Of a DNA stretch of 32,555 nucleotides, positions 17,317 to 26,199 are shown piece after piece; the first letter of the stretch is position 1; every line of letters starts with the position of its first letter. A model generated the notes under the pieces. The model saw nothing but the letters and a program-made list of their open reading frames with translations. It did no database searches and had not been told where the DNA came from. The stretch covers positions 1 to 32,555 of the forward strand of contig CAYGMS010000001.1 in the NCBI GenBank assembly GCA_964350905.1. Direction: 5' to 3'. Origin of the DNA: an uncultured Thiobacillus sp. (GTDB lineage Bacteria; Pseudomonadota; Gammaproteobacteria; Burkholderiales; Thiobacillaceae). The position numbers and the translations under genes are program-made.

Positions 17317-17754
17317 ATGAGCGTTGATCCCCGGACTCTGGGCTGGCTTACACGTGCTTTGACGCACGAGATGAGCGCAGTCCAGCAATACTTGGCGCAA
17401 AGCGTACTGGCGCGCCTGTGGGGGGATTATGCGCTTTCATCGCAGTTGCGACGTGAGGCGCTGGAAGAGTTGCAGCACGCCGAGCGCTTGATGGAACGCC
17501 TGATTGTGTTGGGCGTGGCACCTTCTGCCGGCAATCTGCCGCCGGCCCGTCTGGGGCGAACGGTTGATGACATGCTGGCAGCGGATCGGGTGCTGGAAGT
17601 GGACGCGGTTCGTCTGTATGACGAAGCCGTTACCCATGCGCGGCGCATGCGTGATGCTGACAGCGTGGCTTTGCTCGAAGGTATTTTGGCCGAAGAGCTG
17701 GCACATGTTCGCGAGCTGGACGGCATGGCTGCCGAGCGTACGCTGCATGGCTGA
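17317..17754 (+). CDS. Bacterioferritin/ferritin-like protein associated with alpha-carboxysome loci
   Basis: LTRALTHEMSAVQQY...EELQHAERL...LE..AVRLY...EELAH (ExxH-type di-iron helices); usual position after csoS1B. Confidence 0.85.
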   Translation: MSVDPRTLGWLTRALTHEMSAVQQYLAQSVLARLWGDYALSSQLRREALEELQHAERLMERLIVLGVAPSAGNLPPARLGRTVDDMLAADRVLEVDAVRLYDEAVTHARRMRDADSVALLEGILAEELAHVRELDGMAAERTLHG

Positions 17755-18016
17755 CATAGTGGAAGGTTGGGAAGCCCGGGGCAAGCCGCCGACGCTGTTC
17801 CGTCGTTTCAGCTTCGAACGCTATAGCGACACGCGCGCCTTTCTCGATGCGGTGGCGGCATTGTCCGAAGCGGCTGGCCTGCACCCGCAGAACATCAATT
17901 TCGCCAGCACCTACGTGAATATCACGCTGGAGTCGGGTGAAGGCGGTGAGCTGGGCGAAGCTGAACTGGGTCTCGCCCAACGTATCAATACGTTGTATCC
18001 ACGACCGGAAGGCTGA
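17747..18016 (+). CDS. Pterin-4a-carbinolamine dehydratase-like RuBisCO assembly factor (acRAF/Raf2-like)
   Basis: W....KPPTLFRRFSFERYSDTRAFLD...GLHPQNINFASTYVNITL; ATG 17747 overlaps the ferritin-like stop. Confidence 0.85.
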   Translation: MADIVEGWEARGKPPTLFRRFSFERYSDTRAFLDAVAALSEAAGLHPQNINFASTYVNITLESGEGGELGEAELGLAQRINTLYPRPEG

Positions 18017-18018
18017 GA

Positions 18019-18654
18019 ATGGCAACTCACATCATTGCTGTCATCAACCAAAAAGGCGGCGCGGGTAAAACGACGGTGTCGATGAATCTGGCGGCAGGCC
18101 TGGCCAGGCGTGACGACACGCTGGTACTGGACCTCGACCCTCAGGCTTCTTCACGGCAGTGGGCCAGTTTGGGCAGTGCGCCCTTCCCGGCCACGGTCAA
18201 ACAAATCAGCGGCAAGTGGGACGCCAAGACCCTGCACCAGAATTACAAGGCCTATCGCCATCTGGTGCTGGATTGCCCCCCCTCGCTTGAGAGTCATGCT
18301 TCGTTACAGGCATTGCGTGCCTGCGATGTGGCGCTGATTCCAGTATTGCCTTCGCCGATCGATCTGTGGGCCAGCCTCAGGCTGCCGCAGGAAATCGAAG
18401 AAGCGAGAAAAACCAACAAACGCTTGAAGGCATTTCTGGTGTTGAATCAGCTGGAACCGAAGAGCGCGCTTTCCGCGGCGATGCACGATGCCATTGCCGA
18501 ATTTGGCATTCCGGTGCTCGAAACAGGTATTCGGCGCCGCGCGATTTACCGCAGTGCAGCGCTTGAAGGGGTTTCGGTTTATCAATTGGGCAGCCGGGGT
18601 GCTTTGGCCGCTGCTGAAATGGAAGCCATCATTAATGAGGTGATTGCATCATGA
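18019..18654 (+). CDS. mcdA: ParA/MinD-family ATPase, carboxysome positioning McdA
   Basis: Deviant Walker A NQKGGAGKTT, DLDPQAS, LDCPP; within the cso locus and overlapping an McdB-like gene. Confidence 0.88.
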   Translation: MATHIIAVINQKGGAGKTTVSMNLAAGLARRDDTLVLDLDPQASSRQWASLGSAPFPATVKQISGKWDAKTLHQNYKAYRHLVLDCPPSLESHASLQALRACDVALIPVLPSPIDLWASLRLPQEIEEARKTNKRLKAFLVLNQLEPKSALSAAMHDAIAEFGIPVLETGIRRRAIYRSAALEGVSVYQLGSRGALAAAEMEAIINEVIAS

Positions 18655-18932
18655 CGAATTTAAAAGACAAACTATCCGCCAGCGTACGTCAGGCCAAGGC
18701 CGAGCAACAGCCGGCAGCGAAGCCGGTGGCCAGCAAACCTGTTGCTCCTGCTGCGCCAAAAAAATCCCCACTTAAAAAAGCCGCACCCAAGAAGGCTGTT
18801 GCCAAGCCTGCTGCGCCCAAGGCCGTCGTTAAAAAACCGGCGGTCTCCAAGCCGGCCCCGGCGAAATCGATTGCTTCGGGTGTTGCCGATAGCGGCACAG
18901 CCTTGTTTCCGGACCGTGTCTGGCCCGACTGA
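18651..18932 (+). CDS. mcdB: Carboxysome positioning adaptor McdB (disordered, K/A/P-rich)
   Basis: Low-complexity KKAAPKK repeats, C-terminal RVWPD tryptophan motif typical of alpha-McdB, ATGA overlap with mcdA. Confidence 0.85.
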   Translation: MTNLKDKLSASVRQAKAEQQPAAKPVASKPVAPAAPKKSPLKKAAPKKAVAKPAAPKAVVKKPAVSKPAPAKSIASGVADSGTALFPDRVWPD

Positions 18933-18957
18933 ATACAATCATTGCAGGTAAACCGTC

Positions 18958-19875
18958 ATGCGTAATGATCCCTTTTTCCGTACCTATTCTCCGCGCCAGG
19001 AAGCCATGGCCCGCGTGGCACAGTCCGAGCAGAACGCGATGACGCGCCCTGCTTCAACGGCAGCCGCGCCCACATCGGATCTTCTCGCACCCTACATGTT
19101 GCAGAACGAGCCTTACTATCGTTCCGTATCCGACGAAGTGGAAATGTATGAAGCTGCGTATTCGGTGCGTATGCCGATGATGCTGAAGGGGCCCACTGGC
19201 TGTGGCAAGACCCGTTTTGTCGAATACATGGCGTGGAAGCTCCAAAAGCCGCTGATCACGGTGTCATGTAACGAAGACATGACGGCGTCCGATCTGGTCG
19301 GACGCTTCCTGCTGGATGCCAATGGCACCCGTTGGCAGGACGGCCCACTGGCAATGGCTGCCCGGCATGGTGCCATCTGCTACCTCGACGAAGTGGTCGA
19401 GGCGCGCCAGGATACCATCGTGGTGATCCACCCGCTGACTGACTCAAGGCGTGTGCTGCCTTTGGAGAAAAAAGGTGAAATCATCAATGCTCACCCGGAT
19501 TTCCAGGTTGTCATTTCGTACAATCCCGGCTATCAGTCGTTGATGAAGGATTTGAAGCAGTCGACCAAACAGCGTTTTGGCGGTCTCGACTTCAATTACC
19601 CAGCGCATGACGTTGAAGCCGAAATCGTGGCGCATGAATCCGGTGTAACGATCGACGTGGCCAAGAATCTGGTGCACATTGCTGAACGTGCACGCAACCT
19701 CAAAGGTCATGGTCTCGACGAAGGTTTGTCAACGCGGATGCTGATCTACGCAGGCTCGTTGATCGCCAAGGGCGTGGCCCCGCTGGCAGCGTGCCGTGTT
19801 GCGCTGGTGCGTCCAATCACGGACGATCCGGATATGCGCGACGCCCTCGACTCCGCCGTTACAACGTACTTCTAA
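18958..19875 (+). CDS. cbbQ: AAA+ (MoxR-type) RuBisCO activase CbbQ
   Basis: [48 protein letters not shown]. Alternative starts at 19006 and 19039. Confidence 0.96.
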   Translation: MRNDPFFRTYSPRQEAMARVAQSEQNAMTRPASTAAAPTSDLLAPYMLQNEPYYRSVSDEVEMYEAAYSVRMPMMLKGPTGCGKTRFVEYMAWKLQKPLITVSCNEDMTASDLVGRFLLDANGTRWQDGPLAMAARHGAICYLDEVVEARQDTIVVIHPLTDSRRVLPLEKKGEIINAHPDFQVVISYNPGYQSLMKDLKQSTKQRFGGLDFNYPAHDVEAEIVAHESGVTIDVAKNLVHIAERARNLKGHGLDEGLSTRMLIYAGSLIAKGVAPLAACRVALVRPITDDPDMRDALDSAVTTYF

Positions 19876-19881
19876 GCTGCG

Positions 19882-19910
19882 GCGCGACACCGGCTTGGCC
19901 GGTGTCGCGC
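19882..19910. repeat. 13-bp perfect GC-rich inverted repeat between cbbQ and cbbO
   Basis: GCGCGACACCGGC-TTG-GCCGGTGTCGCGC; no T-tract on either side. Confidence 0.8.
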
Positions 19911-19926
19911 ACCCAAACCGAATTCC

Positions 19927-22281
19927 ATGGCCATCCATCTCGAAGAATATCAAGAGGTTCTCGATGACCTGCCGCATGACGCGCAGGAGGTTCTACGCGC
20001 CTCGTGGAACGAGGCGGCGCGGATGTTTTCTTCGCGTGGGCTGGATAACTACCTGAAAGGCGCGGTTGCGCTACACAATCTGGGACGCGGCGAAGAACTC
20101 GTCGTGACCTACATCCAGGAAATGCCGGAAGTCAGCCGTGCCATCGGTGAAGACGTGTTGCCCGATGTCGTCAATTTCCTGATGGCCATGGCGTCGAAAA
20201 CATCGGGCCATATATTGACGCTGATTGTGGCCACGGCCCCCCTCGCAGCGCAGCGCTTGGGTGATGAAAATCTGTTTCGCGCCTACCTCAACGTGTTGGA
20301 GATTGTGCTCGCACAGGCACCGCGTGGTCTCCGGCCGATGCTGGAAAACCTGGAGCGCTTGCTGTCGCAACTGACGCTCGGCGGCTTGCGTCGCTGGGTG
20401 CAATGGGGCGCGCAAGCGTACAAGGTCGACTTTGAAGGGCAAGCCGCTTACTTTTCCCTGAGCACTCCCGATTCGATGGGCGTGTTACAGCAGCAGCGCA
20501 AGGGCACCCTGTTCGTGGATGTACAGCGGCGGCTGAATATTTATTTACGCGCCATGTGGGGCCGCGATTTCTTTCTGCGCCCCACTTCCGGTGACTATGA
20601 AACCCGTGAGGGCATGAAGCCCTATATCGAACACTTCGTCATCTACATTGCTGATGCGTTCGACGACTTCAAGCCGTTTGGCGACGACACACCGGACGAA
20701 GCAAAAATCCCGGGTCTTGAGCTCTATCGAGCTGCCGCCAACCACTGCGCCGCCCATCTGGTTCACACTGGTGAGCCGCTCTCGATGCAGATGCTCAATA
20801 CGACGCAGATTGGCATTATCGAGACGATCGAAGATGCCCGCGTGGAAGAGCTTGCCTGCCGGGATTTTCCGGGTATGCGTGCATCGTGGCTGAGGTTGCA
20901 CCCCCCACTCGATACCAGTGAGCCACAATGCGCCGGCGATCTGTTGAATCGCCTGGCGCGTGCGCTGCTCGACCCGGATTCGGCCGATCCGCATCCGTGG
21001 GTACAGGAGGGTGTTGAGCTGTTCCGCGCCGAACCCGACCTTTCCACCAATCAGGCCAGCTGGAATATTGGTGTGGCGCTGGCCCACTCGCTGGGCCAGA
21101 TCCCGTTGCCAGAATTCAATGCGCGCACTGATGTGTTGCGCATCATTTATCGTGACGACAACCGCACGGTATGGGAATCGGAAGAATACGACCTCGACGC
21201 CGCGCTGGAAGCGACCTGGGGAGGCAAGCAGACGCGCAAGAAGGTCTCTCTGATGGAAATGGTCAACGAGACCAACAACGAGTATGCAGGCGATGACGCG
21301 GAAGAAATATGGGTCCTCGAAACACCGTTCTTCCTTGACCAGGAAGGCGTGACCATCAACGAGCTGGAAGGTCGGCCCCCGATCTCCGACCCCTACCATT
21401 ACCACGAGTGGGATTACCAGATCCAGCTCGAACGCCCAAGCTGGGCCACGGTGCTGGAACGCCGCCCCCCGCTGGGTGAGCTCGATGTGATCGAGCAGAT
21501 CATCACCGACAACAAGCCGGTGATCTCGCGGCTGAAGTATCTGATCGAATCCATGATTCCTCAGGCGATGCAGCGTATCCGGCGGCAGGAAGACGGCGAC
21601 GAACTCGACATCAACGCAGCGGTTCGCGCGATGACCGATATCCGCATGGGGCTGCAACCCGACCCCCGCATCATGATGCGCTACAAGCGCAACGTGCGTG
21701 ATCTCGCCGTGATGGTGTTGCTCGACATGTCGGAGTCGTCCAACGACAAGGTGCGCGGACATGACTACAGCATCATGGACCTGACGCGCGCAGCGACGGT
21801 ATTGCTGTCCGATGCGCTCGACCGCATTGGTGATCCGTTTGCATTGCACGGCTTCTGCTCGGATGGCCGTCACGACGTGCACTACTACCGCTTCAAGGAT
21901 TTCGATCAGCCCTACAACGATCTGGTAAAAGCACGCCTGGCTGGCCTCAAGGGATCGTACTCCACACGCATGGGGGCTGCGCTGCGCCATGCCGGTGAGC
22001 AGCTCAAGTTGCAGCCGAAAAACAAGAAAGTCCTGTTCATCATCACCGATGGTGAACCTGCCGATAACGATGTGCGCGATCCGCAGTACCTGCGCTTCGA
22101 CACCAAGCGTGCGGTCGAAGAACTGGCGCGCGCCGGCATCACCGTCTATGCGCTGAGCCTCGATCCGCACGCCGATCAATATGTGGCACGCATTTTCGGC
22201 GCCAAGAACTTTACCGTGCTGGACAAGGTTGAACGCCTGCCGGAAAAATTACCGATGCTGTACATGGGCCTGACCCGTTGA
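19927..22281 (+). CDS. cbbO: VWA-domain RuBisCO activase adaptor CbbO
   Basis: 784 aa; [50 protein letters not shown]; follows cbbQ. Confidence 0.96.
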   Translation: MAIHLEEYQEVLDDLPHDAQEVLRASWNEAARMFSSRGLDNYLKGAVALHNLGRGEELVVTYIQEMPEVSRAIGEDVLPDVVNFLMAMASKTSGHILTLIVATAPLAAQRLGDENLFRAYLNVLEIVLAQAPRGLRPMLENLERLLSQLTLGGLRRWVQWGAQAYKVDFEGQAAYFSLSTPDSMGVLQQQRKGTLFVDVQRRLNIYLRAMWGRDFFLRPTSGDYETREGMKPYIEHFVIYIADAFDDFKPFGDDTPDEAKIPGLELYRAAANHCAAHLVHTGEPLSMQMLNTTQIGIIETIEDARVEELACRDFPGMRASWLRLHPPLDTSEPQCAGDLLNRLARALLDPDSADPHPWVQEGVELFRAEPDLSTNQASWNIGVALAHSLGQIPLPEFNARTDVLRIIYRDDNRTVWESEEYDLDAALEATWGGKQTRKKVSLMEMVNETNNEYAGDDAEEIWVLETPFFLDQEGVTINELEGRPPISDPYHYHEWDYQIQLERPSWATVLERRPPLGELDVIEQIITDNKPVISRLKYLIESMIPQAMQRIRRQEDGDELDINAAVRAMTDIRMGLQPDPRIMMRYKRNVRDLAVMVLLDMSESSNDKVRGHDYSIMDLTRAATVLLSDALDRIGDPFALHGFCSDGRHDVHYYRFKDFDQPYNDLVKARLAGLKGSYSTRMGAALRHAGEQLKLQPKNKKVLFIITDGEPADNDVRDPQYLRFDTKRAVEELARAGITVYALSLDPHADQYVARIFGAKNFTVLDKVERLPEKLPMLYMGLTR

Positions 22282-22931
22282 GCGACAGAACCATGCATAT
22301 CAGCCTACGCACTTTCATTTTCATGGACGCGCTGCAACCGCAGCTCGCGTCCTATCTCGCCACCTCTTCGCAGGGGTTTTTGCCGGTGCCCGGCGATGCC
22401 TGCCTGTGGGTCGAGGTCTCACCCGGTATGGCGGTACATCGGTTATCCGACATTGCGCTCAAGGAAACCAATGTTCACCTGGGTGAGCAGGTGGTGGAGC
22501 GCTCCTTCGGCTCAATGGAAATCCACTATCGCAACCAGAGCGAAGTCATGGAAGCCGGCGATACGATTTTGCGGCAGTTGAAAACCACCATGGATACGCG
22601 CATGGCCTGCAAAATCCACTGGAACGAGGTCATCTGCGGCATGACGCCGGATCACACTACGCTGATCAACCGCCAGTTGCGCAAGGGCTCGATGATTCTG
22701 CCGGGCAAGTCCATGTTCATTCTCGAAGTCGAGCCTGCGGGCTATGCTGTATATGCCGCCAATGAAGCAGAAAAGGCCGCACACATCACGCTGGTGGACG
22801 TTAAACCGTTCGGCAACTTTGGACGCTTGACCATGATGGGTTCCGAGGCCGAGGCCGAGACGGCGCAACGCGCGGCCGTGCAAGCCATCGAAAATCTTAA
22901 CAAGCAAGCTCGCCGGGTCACCGAGGGCTGA
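22278..22931 (+). CDS. csoS1D: Tandem-BMC (BMC-T) shell protein CsoS1D
   Basis: [64 protein letters not shown]. Start TTG 22278 or ATG 22293. Confidence 0.93.
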   Translation: MSDRTMHISLRTFIFMDALQPQLASYLATSSQGFLPVPGDACLWVEVSPGMAVHRLSDIALKETNVHLGEQVVERSFGSMEIHYRNQSEVMEAGDTILRQLKTTMDTRMACKIHWNEVICGMTPDHTTLINRQLRKGSMILPGKSMFILEVEPAGYAVYAANEAEKAAHITLVDVKPFGNFGRLTMMGSEAEAETAQRAAVQAIENLNKQARRVTEG

Positions 22932-22932
22932 C

Positions 22933-23943
22933 ATGATTCCGCATGTCGGCGGCTCGACGCGTCGATTTGTTGGTGACGAGCCTGCCGATGTCGTGCGCGC
23001 GGCAGACATTTTGCGCGCGGGCGGGCTGGTCGCTTTTCCCACCGAAACCGTTTATGGATTAGGTGCGGATGCCACGAATGATGCAGCCGTGGCAAAAATT
23101 TTCGCTGCCAAGGGGCGTCCGTCCGACCATCCGCTGATTGTGCATATCGCATCCGCAGATGAACTGCCGCAATGGGCGAGCGACATACCCGAGACAGCAT
23201 GGACACTTGCTGCACAATTTTGGCCTGGCCCGCTGACGCTGATCCTGAGTCGAATTCCCGGCGTGGCAGTAGCGGCCAGCGGTGGCTTGGATACTATCGG
23301 CTTGCGCGTGCCAGGGCACTCTGTTGCGCAAGCGCTTCTGCAGGTTTTTGGTGGCGGTATTGCAGCGCCTTCAGCCAATCGATTTGGCCACATCAGCCCG
23401 ACCTGCGTTGATCATGTGCTCTCCGAACTGGAGGGGCGGATCGAAGCGGTTCTCGATGGTGGTCCGTGCGCGGTTGGGCTGGAGTCGACCATACTCGACC
23501 TGAGCGGTCCCCTTCCCCGGGTACTGAGACCAGGGGCGGTAACACTTCCCATGCTGGAGGCAATCATGGGCAAGCTGGACGAAACCCCTTCCATCGAGGC
23601 GCCCAGAGCGCCTGGCAGTCTGGAGGCACACTATGCCCCCGCTACACCGCTTCGTCTGGTGATGCCGACTGCTCTGGACGCAGAGCTTGCCAGGCTAGCC
23701 GCAGCAGGGCCGGTCGTCGTGCTGGCACGGCACGAGCCTCAATCGCATGCCAGGTGCCGCTGGATAAGGATGCCGACCGATGCAGTTGAGTATGGACATG
23801 ATTTGTATGCCCGGCTGCGTGAGGCCGATGCGCTGGGATGCATGAATATTCTGATTGAGACCCCTCCGGAAGGTGCGGAGTGGGTGGCTGTGAACGATCG
23901 ATTGCGGCGCGCTGCTGTGGGCTCGGGCGGGGCTCCTCTGTAA
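22933..23943 (+). CDS. tsaC: L-threonylcarbamoyladenylate synthase, Sua5-type (YrdC domain plus SUA5 C-terminal domain)
   Basis: VAFPTETVYGLGADA, KGRPSDHPLIVH, FWPGPLTLIL, APSANRFG, GLESTI, APG....HYAP, LYARLR..D...DRLRRAA; starts 1 bp after the csoS1D stop. Confidence 0.95.
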   Translation: MIPHVGGSTRRFVGDEPADVVRAADILRAGGLVAFPTETVYGLGADATNDAAVAKIFAAKGRPSDHPLIVHIASADELPQWASDIPETAWTLAAQFWPGPLTLILSRIPGVAVAASGGLDTIGLRVPGHSVAQALLQVFGGGIAAPSANRFGHISPTCVDHVLSELEGRIEAVLDGGPCAVGLESTILDLSGPLPRVLRPGAVTLPMLEAIMGKLDETPSIEAPRAPGSLEAHYAPATPLRLVMPTALDAELARLAAAGPVVVLARHEPQSHARCRWIRMPTDAVEYGHDLYARLREADALGCMNILIETPPEGAEWVAVNDRLRRAAVGSGGAPL

Positions 23944-24006
23944 GGAGTAGAGGCCAAGCCGTGGCTGCCGTTACAATCGGGGTCACAGCTCACCGTATAA
24001 GCATCG

Positions 24007-24195
24007 ATGGAAAACAAGACCGCACGACTGACCATACTGATTGATCCAGCCAAGAAAAAGGCTTTTGAGAACCTGTGTGCAGAGCAGGACCTGACACCGT
24101 CTCAGGTGGTGCGCCAGATGATCCGCGACTATCTGGCGCAGCACGGGGTGCAGTATGGTGCCCCAAACAAGCCCGCTGCCCCGATCAGCAAATAA
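24007..24195 (+). CDS. Ribbon-helix-helix (CopG-family) transcriptional regulator
   Basis: 62 aa; beta-strand TARLTILID, then helices PAKKKAFENLC..QDLTPSQVVRQMIRDYL. Confidence 0.85.
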   Translation: MENKTARLTILIDPAKKKAFENLCAEQDLTPSQVVRQMIRDYLAQHGVQYGAPNKPAAPISK

Positions 24196-24198
24196 CGT

Positions 24199-25959
24199 TC
24201 AATCCCCGTTGCCGCTACCGGGCTGCTCAGGCGGATGCCGCAAGTGCCCGCGGCTGACAGTCTGGGTCAACTCGCGAGGATCGCGCGCAAGCGATTCTGA
24301 AGATTCGCGTTCTTGAACTTCCATGTCGTGGCACTGGCTGATTGCCTCACCGCAGGTTTTGAAATAACGGGCTTGGCCGACCAGGTCGAGTATGCCTGCG
24401 CGGGCCAGTTTGCGTTCCACTCTGGCATTGGCGCCGCATAACATCACTTCGACTCCGCGTGCATGAAAGCCGCGGATGGCATCCTCCAGCGCCTGCAGTC
24501 CGGTTGCGTCAATGAAGGGCATGCGGCGCAGGCGCAGGATAAGGTGGCGTGGATCACTGTGCGTGCTGGCCAGCGCACGCTCGAAGTTTTCGACCGCACC
24601 AAAAAAGAACGGCCCTTCCACCGCGTAAACCATCACCCCGCGCGGCAAAGCATTGAAGCCGAGATGGGCATACTCGCGATGCAGATCTTGTTCGGCGACC
24701 TGAGCCACCTCCACACTGGCAGCCATGCGCCGCAAAAAGTGTAGCGTTGCCAGGATGACGCCGATATTGACTGCCACCACCAGGTCGGCAAACACCGTGA
24801 GGGCAAAGGTCACCAGCAGGATCACCACATCAGCACGCGGGGCGCACCGGACCATGCGTACAAAGTGGCCGGCCTCGCTCATGTTCCACGCCACCACAAA
24901 CAGGATGGCAGCGAGCGCAGCGAGGGGGATGTGTGTTGCCAGCGGAGCCAGCAGCAGCACGACCAGCACCAGCGTTGCCGCGTGGACGATACCGGCAAGC
25001 GGGCTGGTGCCGCCGTTGCGGATATTGGTGGCCGTGCGCGCGATCGCCCCGGTGGCAGCAAAGCCACCAAAAAGCGGAGTGACGATGTTGGCGATGCCCT
25101 GGCCTATCAGTTCCTGGTTGGAATTGTGCCGCGTACCCGCCATGCCATCGGCTACCACGGCTGAGAGCAGGGATTCGATCGCGCCCAGCATGGCAATCGT
25201 GAACGCCGGACCGATCAGCTGAATGACCTGATTGACCGTGAAGTCCGGGAACTGCAGGCTGGGAAGCCCGGCAGGAATGCCGCCAAACGTGCTGCCGATG
25301 GTGGCTATGCCAGGGAGATCGAGGCTGGCCTGAACAAGCGTGGCCACGACCAGGGCAGCCAGGGGACCGGGAACCTTTTTCAGGCCAGGGATCTTCACGG
25401 TGTATAGCACCAGCAGCAGTGACAATACGGCCAGGGCGGTGGTCATGAGGTGAAGGTGAGGAAGCGCCTCCAGCAGATGCCAGACTTTTTCATGGAAATG
25501 TGCGCCTGTCGTCGCAGGCAGGCCGAAAAAGTCTTTCCATTGGCTGACCCAGATGATTACCGCGATGCCGGCGGTGAAACCGACAATCACCGGGTCGGGA
25601 ATGTATTTGATGATGGTGCCAAGGCGGGCTACGCCCAGCAGCAGCAGAATCATGCCGGCCATCAGGGTGGCGAGCTGCAACCCTGCAATGCCATGTTCCG
25701 CCGTGATGCCCGCGAGGATGACAATGAATGCACCGGTCGGCCCCGCGATCTGGAGCCGGGTGCCCCCCAGAATCGAGACCAGCAGTCCGGCTACGATGGC
25801 CGTATACAGCCCTTGCTCGGGCTTGGCTCCGCTGGCGATGGCAAATGCCATGGCCAGCGGCAGCGCCACCACACCGACAATCGCCCCGGAAAGGATGTTC
25901 GGCAACCAGTGTTCGCGTCGCAGCAAACCTGCGCGATGCGCATCCAGCAGGGCAATCAT
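24199..25959 (-). CDS. sulP: SulP/SLC26 transporter with STAS domain (DauA/YchM/BicA-like, no loop insertion)
   Basis: GVVALPLAMAFAIASG, IAGPTGAF, GAIESLLSAVVADG, NQELIGQG, ATGAIARTATN, GPFFFGA, IDATG. Confidence 0.93.
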   Translation of the reverse strand: MIALLDAHRAGLLRREHWLPNILSGAIVGVVALPLAMAFAIASGAKPEQGLYTAIVAGLLVSILGGTRLQIAGPTGAFIVILAGITAEHGIAGLQLATLMAGMILLLLGVARLGTIIKYIPDPVIVGFTAGIAVIIWVSQWKDFFGLPATTGAHFHEKVWHLLEALPHLHLMTTALAVLSLLLVLYTVKIPGLKKVPGPLAALVVATLVQASLDLPGIATIGSTFGGIPAGLPSLQFPDFTVNQVIQLIGPAFTIAMLGAIESLLSAVVADGMAGTRHNSNQELIGQGIANIVTPLFGGFAATGAIARTATNIRNGGTSPLAGIVHAATLVLVVLLLAPLATHIPLAALAAILFVVAWNMSEAGHFVRMVRCAPRADVVILLVTFALTVFADLVVAVNIGVILATLHFLRRMAASVEVAQVAEQDLHREYAHLGFNALPRGVMVYAVEGPFFFGAVENFERALASTHSDPRHLILRLRRMPFIDATGLQALEDAIRGFHARGVEVMLCGANARVERKLARAGILDLVGQARYFKTCGEAISQCHDMEVQERESSESLARDPRELTQTVSRGHLRHPPEQPGSGNGD

Positions 25960-26199
25960 GTAACAACCAGACTATGTGAATTAAATACACATGTGATTAT
26001 AATGAAATACGCGTATACATGGATTAAGCGCATGCAAAAACTGCAACCATCCAGTTCTGGACAGGCATGCGGGGATTCACATTACACAGGGAAGAATAGG
26101 GTGGACGCGGGCAAAGCCCGTGCCGTGAGAGCAGGGCTCTCAGTCGCTACGCGTGATTGAGGTCAGGCAATATGGATAGGTAGAGCGGGCTTCAGGTGA

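Noticed and set aside
17504..17746. Long N-terminal extension of the acRAF ORF
   Set aside because: It overlaps the ferritin-like gene in another frame; the domain starts at ATG 17747.
20545..22179. 544-aa minus-strand ORF
   Set aside because: Entirely antisense to cbbO with no recognisable motifs; typical shadow ORF of a GC-rich coding strand.
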